Positions 56,718-64,000 of a stretch of 64,000 nt of DNA are shown here, piece by piece. How positions within the stretch are numbered: position 1 is the stretch's first letter; each line of letters starts with the position of its first letter. Origin of the DNA: Paracoccaceae bacterium. GTDB lineage: Bacteria > Pseudomonadota > Alphaproteobacteria > Rhodobacterales > Rhodobacteraceae. The stretch is from contig JBDHSQ010000003.1 of assembly GCA_039808285.1 (NCBI GenBank), positions 6,249 to 70,248 of the forward strand, given 5' to 3'. The position numbers and the translations under genes are program-made. The notes beneath the pieces are model-generated. The model saw only the letters and a list, made by a program, of their open reading frames with translations, had not been told where the DNA came from and searched no databases.

Positions 56718-56795
56718 TCAAATTATCGAGTGGCACGAAACGTTGCTCGCAATCAGAAAGCCAAATCATGCTTTCAATTTGATCAAATATCGTGG
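56713..56795. repeat. Two copies of an AT-rich palindromic box, TTTGATCAAAT(T)ATCG(A)GTGG, about 65 bp apart
   Basis: Copy 1 is at 56713-56733 (10-bp palindrome TTTGATCAAA, overlapping the cobS stop). Copy 2 is at 56777-56795 (perfect 12-bp palindrome ATTTGATCAAAT). Both lie upstream of the aminotransferase ATG at 56825. Confidence 0.6.
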
Positions 56796-56824
56796 ATAAG
56801 GAGACGCCCTGAAGGAGTGCCGCC

Positions 56825-58204
56825 ATGCCCAAGCCGCAGGAATCCGTCGCCGGTATCGACCGTGCCCGCCTGAAGAAGGCGGCCGACCGCGAATCGCGGC
56901 GCTTTGCCGCCTCGCGGCCGAAGACGAGGGCGGCACTGGAAGCAGGCGCCGATGCCTGGCTGGATTCGGTGCCGATGCACTGGATGAAGGACTGGCCGAT
57001 GCCCTTCCCGATGGTCGTCGACCGGGCCGAGGGTGCCCGGATCACCGACATCGACGGCTACGGCATCGACGATTTCTGCCTCGGCGATACCGGCTCGATG
57101 TTCGGACATTCGCCGGAGCCGGTTGCCAGGGCGATCCGCAAGCAGGCAAGGCGCGGGCTGACCTACATGCTGCCGACCAGGGCGGCGATGGAAGCCGGGC
57201 GGCTCCTGACCGAGCGGTTCGGGGAGTTCAAATGGCAGATCGCCACGACGGCGACGGATGCCAACCGCTTCGCGCTCCGGGTGGCGCGGGCGGTGACGGG
57301 CAGGCCCAAGGTGCTGGTCTTCAACGGCTGCTACCACGGCACCGTGGATGACACGATGGTGGAGCTGTCGAACGGCAAGACCCGCACGCGGCCGGGCCTG
57401 ACCGGGCAGGTCGCGGACCTGACGCAGGCCGCCGCCTGCGCCGAGTTCAACGACCTCGCCAGCGTCGAGGCCGCGCTGAAGACCGGCGAGATCGCGGCGA
57501 TCCTGACCGAGCCGGTGATGACCAATTCCTGCATGGTCCTGCCGGAACCGGGCTTCCACGACGGACTCCGGGCACTGGCGACGAAACATGGCGCATTGCT
57601 GATCATCGACGAGACGCACACGATCTCGTCCGGCCTTGGCGGCTACACCGCGGTGCACGGGCTCGACCCCGACATTTTCGTCGTCGGCAAATGCGTGGCG
57701 GGGGGGATGCCCACCGCCGTCTGGGGCCTCCGGCCGCAGGTGGCGAAGGACTATCTTGCCTTCAACGCCGGCCGCCCCTCGGGTCATTCCGGCATGGGGA
57801 CGACGCTGTCCGCCAACCCGATGCAGTTCGCCTGCCTGCAAGCGACCCTGGCCGAGGTGATGACGGCGGAGGCCTATGCCCATATGGAGAAGGGCGCAGA
57901 AAGGCTCTCAACCGGCCTGAAACGGGTGATCGAGGCGCATGGCGCCCCCTGGCACGTCGTCCGCGTCGGCGCGCGGGTGGAGTTCATCTGCGCGCCCGGC
58001 CCGCTCAGGAACGGGACCGAGGCGTCGATGGCGCATGTGCCGGAAGTGGAGGCAACGGTTCACACGGCACTTCTGAACCGCGGCTGCCTGATCGCGCCCT
58101 TCCACAACATGATGCTGGTCAGCCCGGCGACGAAGAAACGGCAGATCGACCGCCTCGTCGCCGCCTTCGACGAAATCCTCACCGAACTCTTTCCCGGAAC
58201 CTGA
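56825..58204 (+). CDS. Class-III (omega/GSA-aminomutase-like) PLP aminotransferase
   Basis: ATG at 56825 after GAAGGAG. 459 aa with GLTYMLPT, FNGCYHGTVDD, LIIDETHT and VVGKCVAGGMP (Schiff-base Lys context). Confidence 0.82.
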   Translation: MPKPQESVAGIDRARLKKAADRESRRFAASRPKTRAALEAGADAWLDSVPMHWMKDWPMPFPMVVDRAEGARITDIDGYGIDDFCLGDTGSMFGHSPEPVARAIRKQARRGLTYMLPTRAAMEAGRLLTERFGEFKWQIATTATDANRFALRVARAVTGRPKVLVFNGCYHGTVDDTMVELSNGKTRTRPGLTGQVADLTQAAACAEFNDLASVEAALKTGEIAAILTEPVMTNSCMVLPEPGFHDGLRALATKHGALLIIDETHTISSGLGGYTAVHGLDPDIFVVGKCVAGGMPTAVWGLRPQVAKDYLAFNAGRPSGHSGMGTTLSANPMQFACLQATLAEVMTAEAYAHMEKGAERLSTGLKRVIEAHGAPWHVVRVGARVEFICAPGPLRNGTEASMAHVPEVEATVHTALLNRGCLIAPFHNMMLVSPATKKRQIDRLVAAFDEILTELFPGT

Positions 58205-58205
58205 C

Positions 58206-59600
58206 ATGCTGGAAAACCCCTGCCCCTCCGGCGCCACGCTTGCCGAGGCTGAAACCTTCCTTGCCGACCACCCCGAGATCGAGGCGATCGACATCGTGCT
58301 GCACGATTCCAACGGCATCGGCCGCGGCAAGATCATCCGGCGGCACGAACTTGCCTCGCTCTATAGGTCGGGCCGGCACATGCCGGTCTCGATCCTCGGG
58401 CTCGACATCTGCGGCGAGGACGTGCACGAGACCGGCCTGATCTGGGACGAGGGCGACGGCGACCGGCGGGCCTGGCCGGTGCCGGGCACGCTGAAGGCGC
58501 TGCACGGCACGAAGCCGGCGCGCGCCGAGGTGTTCCTGTCGCTCTACGAGCTTGACGGGCGGCCGATGACCTCGGACCCCCGCCATGCGCTGCGCCGGCA
58601 GGTGGAGGCCTTTGCGGAACGGGGCCTGAAGCCTGCGGGGGCGTTCGAGCTGGAGTTCTTCCTGCTCGCCAACGACCGCGGCCCCGACGGCATGGTGCGG
58701 CCGGCGCGCGACGTGCTGGACGGGCGGCCCAGCCACAAGACCGAAGTCTATTCGGTCGACCATCTGCACGGGATGCTGCCGCTCTTCTCCGACATCTACG
58801 CCGGCGCCGCGGCGGCCGGGATCAGGGCGGAAACGCTGATTTCCGAATATGCCCCCGGCCAGTATGAACTGACCCTGCATTACCGCGAGGACGTGATGCA
58901 GGCGGCAGACGACATCGTGCGGCTGAAGCGGATCGTGCGCCAGCAGGCGCGCGCGCACGGGGTGACCGCCTGCTTCATGGCGAAGCCGGTCGAAGACTAT
59001 GCGGGGTCGGGAATGCATTTCCACGTCTCGCTTCAGGACGAGGCCGGGCGCAACGTCTTCGCCGAAAGGCCGGGCGAGGGCTGGACCGGGACGCTTCTGC
59101 ACGCGCTCGGCGGCCTCAGGGAGACGATGGGCGAATCGATGCTGGTGTTCGCGCCGCATCTCAACTCCTGGCGCCGGTTCGCCAGCCAGAGCTATGCGCC
59201 GGTCTCGACGAGCTGGGGCGTGAACAACCGTTCGGTGGCGCTGCGCGTGCCCGAGGGCGATGTGAAGGCGCGGCGGATCGAACACCGCCCGTCGGGGGTG
59301 GACGCCAATCCCTATCTGGTGGCCGCCACGGTGCTTGCCGGCATCCTGCACGGGCTCGACAACCGCATCGACCCGGGACCGGAGACCACGGGCAACGCCT
59401 ATGCCGAGGATGCGGGCGGCCCGGCGATCCCGCGCGACTGGCGCGCGGCGATCGAGGCGGCAAAGGCGTCGGAATTCCTGAAGCAGGCGCTGGGCGAGGA
59501 CATGCACCGGACCTTCACCGCGGTGAAGGCCGCCGAATACGCCCGCGTCGCCCGCACCGTGACCGAGGTGGACTACGACCTCTACCTCCACACCGTGTGA
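58206..59600 (+). CDS. Glutamine synthetase family protein (gamma-glutamyl-amine synthetase, PuuA-like)
   Basis: 464 aa with a GS catalytic domain (EYAPGQYELTL, GSGMHFHVSL, NRSVALRVP). It starts 2 nt after the upstream stop. Confidence 0.85.
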   Translation: MLENPCPSGATLAEAETFLADHPEIEAIDIVLHDSNGIGRGKIIRRHELASLYRSGRHMPVSILGLDICGEDVHETGLIWDEGDGDRRAWPVPGTLKALHGTKPARAEVFLSLYELDGRPMTSDPRHALRRQVEAFAERGLKPAGAFELEFFLLANDRGPDGMVRPARDVLDGRPSHKTEVYSVDHLHGMLPLFSDIYAGAAAAGIRAETLISEYAPGQYELTLHYREDVMQAADDIVRLKRIVRQQARAHGVTACFMAKPVEDYAGSGMHFHVSLQDEAGRNVFAERPGEGWTGTLLHALGGLRETMGESMLVFAPHLNSWRRFASQSYAPVSTSWGVNNRSVALRVPEGDVKARRIEHRPSGVDANPYLVAATVLAGILHGLDNRIDPGPETTGNAYAEDAGGPAIPRDWRAAIEAAKASEFLKQALGEDMHRTFTAVKAAEYARVARTVTEVDYDLYLHTV

Positions 59601-59664
59601 TCCCGCGACCGGCCGGGGTTGCCAGCGTCGCGCAGCGGGTGCAAGACGCGGGCGGACCCGCCGC

Positions 59665-60951
59665 ATGACCCTAGGACGGACGATGCTTGAGGACAGACCC
59701 GGCCTGATCGACGCCATCCGCGACCGCTTCGCCCATGTGGAGGCCTGCCCCTTCGAGGGCCCGCGTATCTTCTTCGAGAACGCAGGGGGTGCGCTCCGGC
59801 TCAAGTCGGTGATCGAGACCTCGGCCGCCTATGCCGGCTACCCCGACAACCAGGGGCGGGACAACCCGGCGTCGCAGGCGCTGATGGCGGCGATCGCCAG
59901 GGGCAAGGCCGACATGGCGCTGTTCCTCAACGCCCCCGGCGGCCAGGTCTTCACCGGCGAAAGCGGCAGCGAGGTGCTGTTCCGGCTGATCCGCACCGCC
60001 GCGCTCGGGGCAGCACCAGGGGGCGTGATGCTGGGCTCGACGCTGGAACACCCCGCATCCCGCAGCGCGATGGCCCGCTGGGCCGAGGTGACGGGGCGGC
60101 CGCATGTGCTTGTGGCGCATGACGATGCCACGGGAACCGTCGGCCTTGGTGCCTACCTCGAAAGGATCACGCCGGAGGTGCGGGTGGCGACGGTCGTGCA
60201 GACCTCGCCGGTGACCGGCATGGCGGTCGACGTGGCGGCCGTCACGGCGGCGATCCGCGACAGGGCGCCCGGGGCCTTCGTCATCATCGACGGCATCCAG
60301 CACGCGAGCCACGGCCATGTCGACTGCGCCGCCTATGGCGCCGACGGCTATGCGGTGTCACCCTACAAGGTCTTCTCACGCCACGGCTACGGCGTCGGCT
60401 GGGCGTCGGACCGGCTGACCGAATGCACCAAGGAGCAGATCGTCGGTGGCCCGGCGACGGCCTGGGAGCTTGGCACCCGCGACGCAGGCGCCTATGCGAC
60501 CTTCTCCGACGTCGTCGCCTATTTCGACTGGCTGGGCGGCGAGCTATCGGAGGCCGCCACCCCCCGCGCCCGGATCGAGGCCGCGGCGGCGGCGATCCAT
60601 GACCACGAGGCGCGGCTGATGGACGCGATGCTGCACGGCACCGGCAACCTGCGCGGTCTTGCCGAAATGCCGGGCGTGTCGGTAATCGGCGGCACGGGCA
60701 CGGAGGGCCGGGAAGGCGTGGTGTCGCTGACGCTCGAGGGCATGGGCTCGGCCGATCTCGTCCGGCATCTCGCCGATCAGGGCATCCGGGTGCACATCCG
60801 CAAGGACGACCATTACTGCGGCAACATCCTGCATCCGCTTGGCCTTGCCGACTGCATCCGCGTCTCGGTCTGCCATTATAACACGACATCCGAGGTCGCG
60901 CGGTTTCTGGCGGCGATGGAACTCGCGGTGGCGCGCCGGAAGGCAACCTGA
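59665..60951 (+). CDS. Class-V-fold PLP-dependent enzyme (aminotransferase/cysteine-desulfurase-like)
   Basis: 428 aa, similar to class V aminotransferase-fold proteins (IIDGIQHASHG, VSPYKVF Lys context). An alternative ATG at 59683 has AGGA upstream. Confidence 0.75.
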   Translation: MTLGRTMLEDRPGLIDAIRDRFAHVEACPFEGPRIFFENAGGALRLKSVIETSAAYAGYPDNQGRDNPASQALMAAIARGKADMALFLNAPGGQVFTGESGSEVLFRLIRTAALGAAPGGVMLGSTLEHPASRSAMARWAEVTGRPHVLVAHDDATGTVGLGAYLERITPEVRVATVVQTSPVTGMAVDVAAVTAAIRDRAPGAFVIIDGIQHASHGHVDCAAYGADGYAVSPYKVFSRHGYGVGWASDRLTECTKEQIVGGPATAWELGTRDAGAYATFSDVVAYFDWLGGELSEAATPRARIEAAAAAIHDHEARLMDAMLHGTGNLRGLAEMPGVSVIGGTGTEGREGVVSLTLEGMGSADLVRHLADQGIRVHIRKDDHYCGNILHPLGLADCIRVSVCHYNTTSEVARFLAAMELAVARRKAT

Positions 60952-60963
60952 GCGAACGGTCTC

Positions 60964-61209
60964 CTACCCCGGGAAGACCAGACCCGCGATCAGGACCAGC
61001 GCCGACGCAAGGCCGAGTGCGCATGCCCACGACCCGCATTCCGGGCCGAAATCTTCGATCTGGCGCTGCGTCGGCCCCCCGCGTGCGATCGAGGAAAAGG
61101 TGATGCCACGCGCGTCCTCGGGCCATGCGAGGGCGATGCGGCCGGAATAGGGGCCCGCGATCGGCGGGAAGGGCAGAGGGCCTCGGGCCGGCCCGATCGG
61201 CGGGTGCAT
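60964..61209 (-). CDS. Small hypothetical protein with a C-terminal hydrophobic anchor
   Basis: ATG at 61209 with AGGA 5 nt upstream. 81 aa with G/C at most third codon positions (hand count about 66 of 80). C-terminal WACALGLASALVLIAGLVF. I recognise no family. Confidence 0.4.
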   Translation of the reverse strand: MHPPIGPARGPLPFPPIAGPYSGRIALAWPEDARGITFSSIARGGPTQRQIEDFGPECGSWACALGLASALVLIAGLVFPG

Positions 61210-61216
61210 CGGGATC

Positions 61217-62314
61217 CTACCCTTCGGTGACGAGGTGACCATCCTCGTGCGGCCACCACGCCACCAGTTCTTTTCCGATCTCCAGCGGCAGGCTTGCCAG
61301 CTCGTCGTGGCCCTTCTGGACCCTGATTTCCTGCCCTTGCGCGGTTTCGAGATAGATCGTGGCCGTGGCGCCCACGAATTCCTCGCCGATCATGCGGACG
61401 CGGACGGCGTTGACGCGCCCCGAGGGTGCTTCAAGTGCAAGATTGGTCTTCGTGTCGAGCACGGTCAGCGTCGCTTCGCGCCCCATCCGCGGCTTTGCGG
61501 ATCCGTCGACCGCCGCGAGATGCAGCACGCCCGCAGGCGTGTCGAGCGCCACCCCGCTGGTGTCGGCACCGGTCACCTTGCCGGTGAAGATGTTGGACGA
61601 GCCGAGGAAATCGGCGACGAAGCGGGTCCGCGGGGCGCGATAGATTTCCTGCGGCGTACCGATCTGCTCGATCTTGCCGCGGCTCATGATCACCACCCGG
61701 TCAGCCATCGAGAAGGCTTCCGACTGGCTGTGGGTCACGTAGACGAAGGTGATGCCGGTCTCGCGCTGGAGGTTCTTGAGCACCGACTGCATCCGCACCT
61801 TCAGCGCCGCGTCGAGCGCCGAGAGCGGTTCGTCGAGAAGCAGGATTTCCGGCTCCACCACCAGCGACCGGGCGAGCGCCACCCGCTGCCGCTGGCCACC
61901 GGACAACTGGGCGATGTCGCGCTCGGCAAATTCCGAAATCTGCATCCGGTCCAGCCACTGTTCCGCCCGGCGCCGGCGTTCGGCCTTGCCGACCCCGCGC
62001 ATCTTCAGCGCGAACTCGACGTTCTCGCGCACGTTGAGGAACGGAAAGAGCGCGAGGCTCTGCCAGACCATCGGGGTGTCCCGGCTCCAGGTCGGCAGGT
62101 GGTTGATCGGCTTGCCGGAAAGCCGGATCACCCCCTCGGTCGGCGCCTCGAGCCCCGCGAGCATCCTGAGCGTCGTCGTCTTGCCGCAGCCGCTCGATCC
62201 CATGATGGCGAGGAATTCGCCCTTGGCGATCTCGAAATCCATCCGCTGCACGGCGACGAACTCGCCGAACCGCTTCACCACCCCCTCGAACGAGACGAGC
62301 GTGTCGTTCTTCAT
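61217..62314 (-). CDS. ABC transporter ATP-binding protein (PotA/spermidine-putrescine-type)
   Basis: Walker A GSSGCGKTT, signature LSGGQRQRVALAR and Walker B ILLLDEPLSALD, plus a C-terminal TOBE-like domain. AGGAGAAG RBS. Confidence 0.9.
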   Translation of the reverse strand: MKNDTLVSFEGVVKRFGEFVAVQRMDFEIAKGEFLAIMGSSGCGKTTTLRMLAGLEAPTEGVIRLSGKPINHLPTWSRDTPMVWQSLALFPFLNVRENVEFALKMRGVGKAERRRRAEQWLDRMQISEFAERDIAQLSGGQRQRVALARSLVVEPEILLLDEPLSALDAALKVRMQSVLKNLQRETGITFVYVTHSQSEAFSMADRVVIMSRGKIEQIGTPQEIYRAPRTRFVADFLGSSNIFTGKVTGADTSGVALDTPAGVLHLAAVDGSAKPRMGREATLTVLDTKTNLALEAPSGRVNAVRVRMIGEEFVGATATIYLETAQGQEIRVQKGHDELASLPLEIGKELVAWWPHEDGHLVTEG

Positions 62315-62323
62315 GTTCTTCTC

Positions 62324-63157
62324 CTATTCGTCCGACGCCGGACGGGTCTTGGCGCCGCGACCGGTCAGGAGAACCTGCGCAAGGATCACGAGCGTCATGG
62401 ATGTGACAAAGACGAAGGTGCCGATGGCGTTGATGCGCGGGCTGACCTGACCTTGCAGGAAGCCCAGCACCTTGACCGGCAATGTCTCGTTCAGGCCCGA
62501 GACGAACCAGGCGATGGCGAATTCGTCGAAGGAGACGGCCATCGTGATGAAGAGCGCGCCGAGGATCGCCGGCATGGCGAAGGGCACGATGACATGCCGC
62601 ATCGCCGCCCATTCCGAGGCGCCGAGGTTCCAGGCGGCGGCCTCAAGATCCGGGTCCATCTGCGACAGCCTGAGCCGGATGATCGCCATCGCGAAGGGCG
62701 CACAGATCACCACATGGGCGATGATGACCGACAGCGCATTGCCCGACAGGTTGATCCGCGACAGATAGGCAAGCATCCCCAGCCCGAGGATCACCACCGG
62801 AATCGTCGGCGGCAGGAGCGCCAACGCCAGATAGACCTGCTTGCCGAAGAAACGGTAGCGGAAGTCGGTGTAGGCCGCGCCGAAGCCCAGTGCCGTGGCC
62901 ACCACGCCGACGATCACACCCACCATCAGCGTGTTGCGCAAGCCCTCCCAGACCAGGGGGTCCGTCGCCACGGCCTTATACCATTCAAGCGAAAAATGCC
63001 CGAGCGGGATCGAGGGAAAACGGTCGGAGTTGAACGAGAAGACGAAGCTCGCGGCGATCGGGGCGAAGACAAAGGCGTAGGCAAGGAAGACATAGGTCTT
63101 CAGCGCGATGTCGACGGCGGGGTTGCGGTTGATGCTGGCCGTGTCCTTGTCGCTCAT
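62324..63157 (-). CDS. ABC transporter permease (PotC-like)
   Basis: 277 aa with 6 TM and an EAA-like loop (DLEAAAWNLGASEWAAMRHV). ATGA overlap with the upstream permease. Confidence 0.88.
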   Translation of the reverse strand: MSDKDTASINRNPAVDIALKTYVFLAYAFVFAPIAASFVFSFNSDRFPSIPLGHFSLEWYKAVATDPLVWEGLRNTLMVGVIVGVVATALGFGAAYTDFRYRFFGKQVYLALALLPPTIPVVILGLGMLAYLSRINLSGNALSVIIAHVVICAPFAMAIIRLRLSQMDPDLEAAAWNLGASEWAAMRHVIVPFAMPAILGALFITMAVSFDEFAIAWFVSGLNETLPVKVLGFLQGQVSPRINAIGTFVFVTSMTLVILAQVLLTGRGAKTRPASDE

Positions 63158-63999
63158 TTCGTGCGCCCCTTATAGGCAAAGCGGACAGCGGCGAAGGCCA
63201 CGACCAGAAGCGTCGCGATCATGGTCAGGGCGATGACGGCCGCACGCGGCCACTGCTGGCCGGACTTCGTGGTGTCGGTGATGAGGATCGAAAGCGTGGT
63301 GGGTTCGCCGCCGCCCAGGTAGATCGGGCTCACGAAATCGCCGAAGCAGAGGATGAACGCAAAGAGCGCGGCGATCACCAGCCCGACGCGAGCCGACGGA
63401 ATGATGACCGCGAAGACCGTGCGAAGCCGGCCGCAGCGCAGGTTGTGGGCGGCCTCGATCAGGGTGCGGTCGACGAAGACGAGGCTGAAAAGCTGCAAGA
63501 GAACGACTAGCGGGAAGGTCAGTGTCAGATACCCGACCATCGTTGCGCCTACGGTGTTCAGCAGCGGAAAGGGGCCGAGGCCGAACCAGCCGAGGATGAC
63601 GTTGATGATGCCTGCGTCCGACAGGAATATCTGCCAGGAATAGACGCGGACGAGGTAGCTGGTGAAGAACGGGATCACCATCAGGAACACCGCCCAGCGC
63701 CGTGCCGTGTCCGACAGCTTGAACGCGATGGCGTAGGAGCACGGGAAGGCAAGAGCGCTGGAAAGCGCAGCAGCGGCCGCGGCCATCGCAACGGTAGTGG
63801 CATAGGCCTGCCAGAAGATCGAGCGCCCATACATCGTGGTCCAGTTCACGGTGTCGAAATCCGGCTGCATCCGGAAATTCTTCACCGTCCAGAAGCTGAG
63901 GGCGACAAGAAAGACGAGCGGAAAGACGAAGAACAGGAGCTGCCAGAGCAGGAGCGGCAGCGAGAAGGTCAACCCGTAGAGGGACAGCGATCTTCGCAT
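63154..63999 (-). CDS. ABC transporter permease (PotB-like)
   Basis: 281 aa with an EAA-like loop (LIEAAHNLRCGRLRTVFAVI). The ATG at 63999 is 1 nt from the window edge, so a more upstream start cannot be excluded. Confidence 0.85.
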   Translation of the reverse strand: MRRSLSLYGLTFSLPLLLWQLLFFVFPLVFLVALSFWTVKNFRMQPDFDTVNWTTMYGRSIFWQAYATTVAMAAAAAALSSALAFPCSYAIAFKLSDTARRWAVFLMVIPFFTSYLVRVYSWQIFLSDAGIINVILGWFGLGPFPLLNTVGATMVGYLTLTFPLVVLLQLFSLVFVDRTLIEAAHNLRCGRLRTVFAVIIPSARVGLVIAALFAFILCFGDFVSPIYLGGGEPTTLSILITDTTKSGQQWPRAAVIALTMIATLLVVAFAAVRFAYKGRTK

Positions 64000-64000
64000 C

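Noticed and set aside
60990-61259. 89-aa ORF in the alternative frame to the small hypothetical gene.
   Set aside because: The translation is Arg/Ser/Pro-rich junk and it overlaps the 3' end of the ABC ATPase gene. The other frame (60964..61209) has a better RBS and codon pattern.
1-64000. Search for CRISPR arrays, transposases/IS elements, integrases, prophage genes, toxin-antitoxin pairs, restriction-modification or other defence genes, and rRNA genes.
   Set aside because: None were found. No regularly spaced direct repeats were seen by eye, and every sizeable ORF is accounted for by metabolic, transport, regulatory or tRNA-modification families. Visual repeat detection over 64 kb is imperfect.

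Overview
This window is a GC-rich chromosomal segment, most likely alphaproteobacterial and Rhodobacterales-like (an inference from gene content and protein similarity recalled from memory). Genes are tightly packed. I found no transposase, integrase, CRISPR array or rRNA.

Gene content by region:
- 1-6.9 kb: the 3' part of phaC, a PTA-type acyltransferase, a P-type cation ATPase, a phasin-like gene and rlmN.
- 6.9-19 kb: a six-gene minus-strand operon with a divergent LysR regulator. It encodes two FAD/GcvT dimethylglycine-dehydrogenase-like enzymes, a non-pyrrolysine MttB-family methyltransferase, a beta-hydroxyacid dehydrogenase, a GMC oxidoreductase and a hydantoinase-like protein.
- 19-32 kb: mtaB, dapF, tRNA-Lys(UUU), a CDF transporter, kbl-tdh, a VOC protein, tRNA-Arg(CCU), a phosphoribosyltransferase, an M50/CBS protease, a hybrid PAS histidine kinase, an OmpR-type regulator, a Crp/Fnr regulator and a LacI regulator.
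- 32.3-56.7 kb: a large aerobic-type cobalamin (B12) locus. It contains cobF, cbtB-cbtA plus a solitary CbiM-like gene, cobA-B-M-E-L, an inverted cobK, cobJ-I-H-G-N-W, two DUF1636-like genes, cobO, cobQ, cobC-cobD-bluE plus a phosphatase, and cobP-T-S.
- 56.8-64 kb: a class-III aminotransferase, a glutamine-synthetase-like gene, a class-V PLP enzyme and a PotABC-like transporter.

Two canonical cobalamin riboswitches are readable directly in the sequence, upstream of cbtB and upstream of DUF1636-cobW-cobN.

The most unusual signals are:
1. A 178-nt, AT-ended, multiply nested helical element with a GNRA-capped hairpin in the cobO-cobQ spacer. It does not carry the B12-box.
2. A riboswitch-controlled cbtB-cbtA operon extended by a solitary CbiM-like gene with no cbiN/Q/O.
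3. Paralogous four-Cys DUF1636-like genes bracketing the cob core.
4. cobK inverted, with both ends overlapping its neighbours.
5. A recurrent AT-rich TGATC(G)AAAT(T)ATC palindromic motif.
6. An MttB-family gene in an aerobic-type operon with no corrinoid protein beside it.
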